Of a stretch of 48,646 nucleotides of DNA, positions 45,449 through 48,646 are shown piece by piece. Below the pieces are notes generated by a model. It did not search any database. It saw only the letters and a list, made by a program, of their open reading frames with translations, and was not told the origin of the DNA. Numbering within the stretch: position 1 is the stretch's first letter; each line of letters begins with the position of its first letter. Origin of the DNA: a phage; the sequence record NC_136441.1. One strand, given 5' to 3'. A program made the translations under genes and the position numbers.

Positions 45449-45613
45449 ATGTTTTGGATTCATTCGCCGCAAGGGTTGCTTTATGTGCCTGGCGTTGAAT
45501 TTGAAGAACGACGCGACGGCGACACGGTAAACATCATAACGAAGGATTCAAAAGGCCACACTCTTAAAACGTATGTTTTTAACACTCCGGTTAAGGTCGA
45601 AAAAGATGATTAG
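45449..45613 (+). CDS. hypothetical 54-aa protein
   Basis: ATG 45449 with SD GGAGGA inside end of upstream gene. Confidence 0.35.
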   Translation: MFWIHSPQGLLYVPGVEFEERRDGDTVNIITKDSKGHTLKTYVFNTPVKVEKDD

Positions 45614-45788
45614 ATTTATTGGTTTTGTGGCATTGCTTATGTGCGGAATATTGCTTACTGATAATGACACTTGGCAAAGCGCTGTTGGCGGTTTACTTAT
45701 TTTTCTTGCAGGTGGCATGGTTGGCAGTGATGACGCAGCAAACAAGAATAAACTTTCCGATCATTTACGCAGAGAGACAAAACGATGA
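45606..45788 (+). CDS. hypothetical membrane protein
   Basis: 60 aa from ATG 45606; two hydrophobic segments. Confidence 0.4.
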   Translation: MIRFIGFVALLMCGILLTDNDTWQSAVGGLLIFLAGGMVGSDDAANKNKLSDHLRRETKR

Positions 45789-46030
45789 ATAGAAAAATGC
45801 TGGTACGCGCATTCGCAAAGATTGCTAAAAGATGGGGTGATTCAGCTAAAACACCTTACACGTTTAGTATGTACGGTTACAAGAATGCTCGCGCCTGGGG
45901 TCGCTGCATTGCGGATAACTACAACTCCGAAATTCTGGAAGATTTCGCAAGCTGGATTGATACGCCGCTAAATGAATGGGGCCAGGCTGAATATGATTGT
46001 TTTGCTGATGAAGAAATTTCTTGCTGGTAA
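45785..46030 (+). CDS. hypothetical protein
   Basis: 81 aa, ATGA overlap. Confidence 0.45.
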   Translation: MNRKMLVRAFAKIAKRWGDSAKTPYTFSMYGYKNARAWGRCIADNYNSEILEDFASWIDTPLNEWGQAEYDCFADEEISCW

Positions 46031-46041
46031 GGAGAATTAAC

Positions 46042-46554
46042 ATGATCGCTAAAAATGACCTTTGCAACCTGTTAACTGCTGGTAATGATTATCAGGTTTT
46101 GAATAGTACAGAAGACCGTTACTTTATTGAGTGTGACAATGGTGATCGCATGTGGATTAAAAAAGGATTTTTCGAAAGCGAGCACCTAAGCAATGCAAAG
46201 CGGATCGCAGATGAAGCAAGCGCATTAGCAGAGCGTGAACGAATTCGCGATATAGTAGCGGATCAGGTTAGAAATTCTTGTTTGCCTGGTGGCGATATCT
46301 TCAAATCAATGCGCGGTGAAATGACGGTTGGAATTCAAGATCGAGTAATTGAAAAATCAGTTGATTATGTAATTGAGAATGCGAAATTCAATGCGTTGAT
46401 TGACTCAGAGCATAACGAATACGTCAAAGTATTAGAGCAACTGCGTGAAGTGCTGCGAGTGCCGGAAGGTAAAAACATAGTGACACATGCAAAGGTTGTA
46501 AGAGCGCTTGCTGATGCTTTACTTGACGTTTATCCAGGAATGAAGTGCAAATAG
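46042..46554 (+). CDS. hypothetical protein
   Basis: 170 aa from ATG 46042 with SD AAGGAGA. Confidence 0.5.
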   Translation: MIAKNDLCNLLTAGNDYQVLNSTEDRYFIECDNGDRMWIKKGFFESEHLSNAKRIADEASALAERERIRDIVADQVRNSCLPGGDIFKSMRGEMTVGIQDRVIEKSVDYVIENAKFNALIDSEHNEYVKVLEQLREVLRVPEGKNIVTHAKVVRALADALLDVYPGMKCK

Positions 46555-46594
46555 CACTTTTTGTTAAAACTTCCGCGAGGGCATTTGTTAAAGT
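46551..46594 (+). promoter_or_regulatory. motif promoter (ATAGCACTTTTTGTTAAAAC + 22 nt + TAAAGT)
   Basis: motif overlaps TAG stop; hairpin GAGGGCA/TGTCCTC. Confidence 0.5.
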
Positions 46595-46628
46595 GTCCTC
46601 ATTGAAGCGAAACACGGAGATTTAGAAA

Positions 46629-46838
46629 ATGGCTGTATACACTGGCAAGATGTTTGAAAGCGAAAACCCGATTTACGGCGGCACTTATGAGCTAATCATT
46701 GATGAAGATCGCGTAATTCTGGCTGATGACGATAACCAGGAATATTACGAAGTAGAAGCCGATAAATGGGATAACGACGTTATGTTTCTTGTTGATAATA
46801 GCCGCATCAAGTTTTATGCAGTGGAGGAAGAAGAATGA
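46629..46838 (+). CDS. hypothetical highly acidic small protein
   Basis: 69 aa, SD ACGGAGA; Asp/Glu-rich, ends EEEE. Confidence 0.45.
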   Translation: MAVYTGKMFESENPIYGGTYELIIDEDRVILADDDNQEYYEVEADKWDNDVMFLVDNSRIKFYAVEEEE

Positions 46839-47092
46839 TCACAATTAACCTATCAGAAGAACAAGCGAAATCATTGTTAGACAGCTTTGGTTGGCGCTGG
46901 TGTGACGATCCAAAATATCACGACAACGTTACAATCGAAAGCAATGTTGCGAGTGAGCTTTTTACTCAGCTTGAGCAGCAATTAATGCCACGCTCAACAA
47001 GCGCGGCGGAGTTGGCTGTGTGGAGGCATGAAAACGGCCTTAATGAAATGGATGTTGAAAAGTGGAAGCGTAAAAATGAGGTGTTAGCATGA
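46835..47092 (+). CDS. hypothetical protein
   Basis: 85 aa, ATGA overlap. Confidence 0.45.
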   Translation: MITINLSEEQAKSLLDSFGWRWCDDPKYHDNVTIESNVASELFTQLEQQLMPRSTSAAELAVWRHENGLNEMDVEKWKRKNEVLA

Positions 47093-47415
47093 TTTACATT
47101 CACTCTTACGGTGTTGGCAAGTTTGGCAGCAAGCAGATCCGAAACATCCACGACACGTTAGAAGAAGCGCAAGCACAGCAACGCGTTTTAGGTGGAGTTG
47201 TTCAGGCTTTCGAACCAGTGGAAGATCTGGAAATGCAGGAGGCCATAAAGGAAATCGTTGTTGATGAAGTTTCATGTATAATCGACGAATTGAGCACTAA
47301 CGCGCCAGGGTCGCCGCGAAACTATGAGCCAGGCTCAACGCAATGGGATTGCTGGAAGGTAAAAACGCTAGGCAACATCCGTGATATTCTGGACGGAAAA
47401 TTTAACGAAAATTGA
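47089..47415 (+). CDS. hypothetical protein
   Basis: 108 aa, ATGA overlap. Confidence 0.45.
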   Translation: MIYIHSYGVGKFGSKQIRNIHDTLEEAQAQQRVLGGVVQAFEPVEDLEMQEAIKEIVVDEVSCIIDELSTNAPGSPRNYEPGSTQWDCWKVKTLGNIRDILDGKFNEN

Positions 47416-47426
47416 TAGCTTTTAAA

Positions 47427-47461
47427 GCGCCTCAATCGCATTCTAAGAGGCGCATTTTTTG
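47427..47461 (+). terminator. rho-independent terminator
   Basis: GCGCCTC-13 nt loop-GAGGCGC followed by ATTTTTT. Confidence 0.6.
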
Positions 47462-47474
47462 GAAAGGTGATTAT

Positions 47475-47603
47475 ATGCCTGAATACATAAAACCGTCGCA
47501 GTGGTGCGCACAGAAGCAAGAGGAAGCGTTAGAGCGCGGCGACACTGACACAGCGTTGCACTACTTTGAAATGTTTCAACTTTGGAAATCAAGAGGACTG
47601 TAA
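47475..47603 (+). CDS. hypothetical 42-aa protein
   Basis: ATG 47475 with SD GGAAAGGTG; ORF-track start 47412 lies upstream of the terminator hairpin. Confidence 0.35.
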   Translation: MPEYIKPSQWCAQKQEEALERGDTDTALHYFEMFQLWKSRGL

Positions 47604-47604
47604 A

Positions 47605-47832
47605 ATGTTTGGACTTAATGAGGCTGAATATAACATTGTTAAACGTGCTGCAAAAGAATGCATGAAGGATCTGAAAGTTGAAGTGACAAGCGGAAACAAA
47701 TACGATCATATTGCGGCTGGAATTATCACCAAACATCACACGCCGATTTCAACGCTAATCACGCGCACAAAGTTTGTATGGCTTGCTGGCTATATAGCTG
47801 GTCGATGGGGCAAGCCTGGCGAGTACGAATAA
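47605..47832 (+). CDS. hypothetical protein
   Basis: 75 aa from ATG 47605 with SD AAGAGGA. Confidence 0.45.
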   Translation: MFGLNEAEYNIVKRAAKECMKDLKVEVTSGNKYDHIAAGIITKHHTPISTLITRTKFVWLAGYIAGRWGKPGEYE

Positions 47833-47854
47833 TAAGCACTTGAATCAATGAAGG

Positions 47855-47883
47855 TTGACGGCGTGTTGTCTGATTGGTAGATT
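47855..47883 (+). promoter_or_regulatory. sigma70-like promoter with long leader
   Basis: TTGACG-N17-TAGATT; about 130-nt leader with hairpin GCGGG/CCCGC before SD AGGAGA. Confidence 0.4.
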
Positions 47884-48014
47884 AAACGCCGTGAACATAA
47901 GAGGCTCAATAGAGCAAAGCGCGGCGCGTTAGCCGTAAAACTTAATCGGATTGGATCGCAAGGCGAATGACAATCGCGGGAACCGTAACCCGCAACCATT
48001 CAGGAGAATTCACG

Positions 48015-48176
48015 ATGCAAAACAAAGAAATCGCAAAGGTAACAATTATCGTTGAGCGTGACGGAAAGAAAACGCGATACAAGAAGCGATTTAAACAAGG
48101 CGAGGCGATGTTAGGCCGGATCGGTGATTTCATGGTGAAATTGCAAGAGGATAAGCCGGATGAAATTCAAGGTTAA
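48015..48176 (+). CDS. hypothetical basic small protein
   Basis: 53 aa from ATG 48015 with SD AGGAGA. Confidence 0.4.
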   Translation: MQNKEIAKVTIIVERDGKKTRYKKRFKQGEAMLGRIGDFMVKLQEDKPDEIQG

Positions 48177-48342
48177 GCTAACCATACGTCGCATGGGTCG
48201 CAATTGCGGATCATGTAAACAAGATTTCGAATGCGAGGTTGAAGCGCTAAACACTGTTGATGCGGTTCAATGCGCTAAAGTTCTTTCAGGTGCTAACCCT
48301 GAAACACACCAATTTTCAATTAATTATGTGAGGGCTATATAA
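48160..48342 (+). CDS. hypothetical protein with CxxC pair
   Basis: 60 aa, overlapping upstream gene; CGSC...C motif. Confidence 0.4.
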   Translation: MKFKVKLTIRRMGRNCGSCKQDFECEVEALNTVDAVQCAKVLSGANPETHQFSINYVRAI

Positions 48343-48572
48343 TGCTGATGTTCATTGCGGGTTTTGGTTTTTGTGCGATTATCTGTTTCTTTCTCTATCT
48401 TTGTGTTTCATGGGGTGTGCAGCGTTGCGTAAAAGACAACGAATTAGTGATCGCCATTTACGAAAACAAAACTGATAAATGGAAGATTACTAAAAACTTT
48501 GAAAAGATTGCTGATGAAATTGCATTTCGTCGCAAGTTTGGCAAGCCTGGAAGCATCAAGTATATTGATTGA
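48342..48572 (+). CDS. hypothetical membrane protein
   Basis: 76 aa; N-terminal TM helix; ATGA-type overlap. Confidence 0.45.
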   Translation: MLMFIAGFGFCAIICFFLYLCVSWGVQRCVKDNELVIAIYENKTDKWKITKNFEKIADEIAFRRKFGKPGSIKYID

Positions 48573-48588
48573 TGCAACGCCAAAAGAT

Positions 48589-48613
48589 AACCCGCCTTGC
48601 GCGGGTTTTTTTG
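48589..48613 (+). terminator. rho-independent terminator at right end of window
   Basis: AACCCGC-CTTGC-GCGGGTT followed by TTTTTT; a TATAAT hexamer follows at about 48629. Confidence 0.75.
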
Positions 48614-48646
48614 TGCATACAATTTAGCTATAATCACGCATCAACA

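Noticed and set aside
1-48646. Integrase, repressor or attachment site (temperate phage/prophage)
   Set aside because: No tyrosine or serine recombinase-like ORF and no CI/Cro-type immunity pair at a divergent promoter; gene content fits a virulent T1-like phage.
1-48646. tRNA, rRNA or other structured RNA genes
   Set aside because: No cloverleaf-compatible 70-90 nt segment with a CCA-proximal acceptor stem was recognised by eye in the non-coding gaps; a tRNAscan or Rfam search would be needed to be sure.

Overview
The window reads as an essentially complete, circularly permuted genome (about 48.6 kb) of a virulent T1-like siphovirus (Drexlerviridae-type layout). Nothing could be searched or computed here, so every family assignment is from motifs read by eye and coordinates of small elements may be off by 1-2 nt. 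Layout: a + strand late module (14-19994: terminase small/large, portal, head morphogenesis, capsid, lambda-like tail genes G/G-T, tape measure, M, L, K, I, J) punctuated by rho-independent terminators; a + strand recombination operon (PD-(D/E)XK nuclease, Erf, SSB); a minus-strand tail fiber with a C-terminal S74-type chaperone; replication genes (primase, HTH protein, SF2 helicase, VRR-NUC); Dam methyltransferase; a lysis cassette (holin, SAR endolysin, unimolecular spanin); and two blocks of about 40 small early genes (minus strand 33.7-40.5 kb, + strand 41.2-48.6 kb) separated by a 650-bp repeat-rich control region. No integrase, repressor, tRNA or CRISPR array was seen. The strongest unexplained signal is a bipartite 20-nt motif (ATAGCAC-N5-GYTAAAA) present at least 18 times in sense orientation in the early/replication region, almost always exactly 22 nt upstream of a -10-like hexamer and usually followed by a co-varying hairpin; I interpret it as a phage-specific promoter class that probably needs a dedicated factor. 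Other points of interest are a perfect 82-bp tandem duplication splitting an early gene, a pair of 51-bp AT-rich elements 20.8 kb apart, a compact C5-methyltransferase-like protein, a coiled-coil P-loop ATPase and an HTH-metallophosphoesterase fusion.
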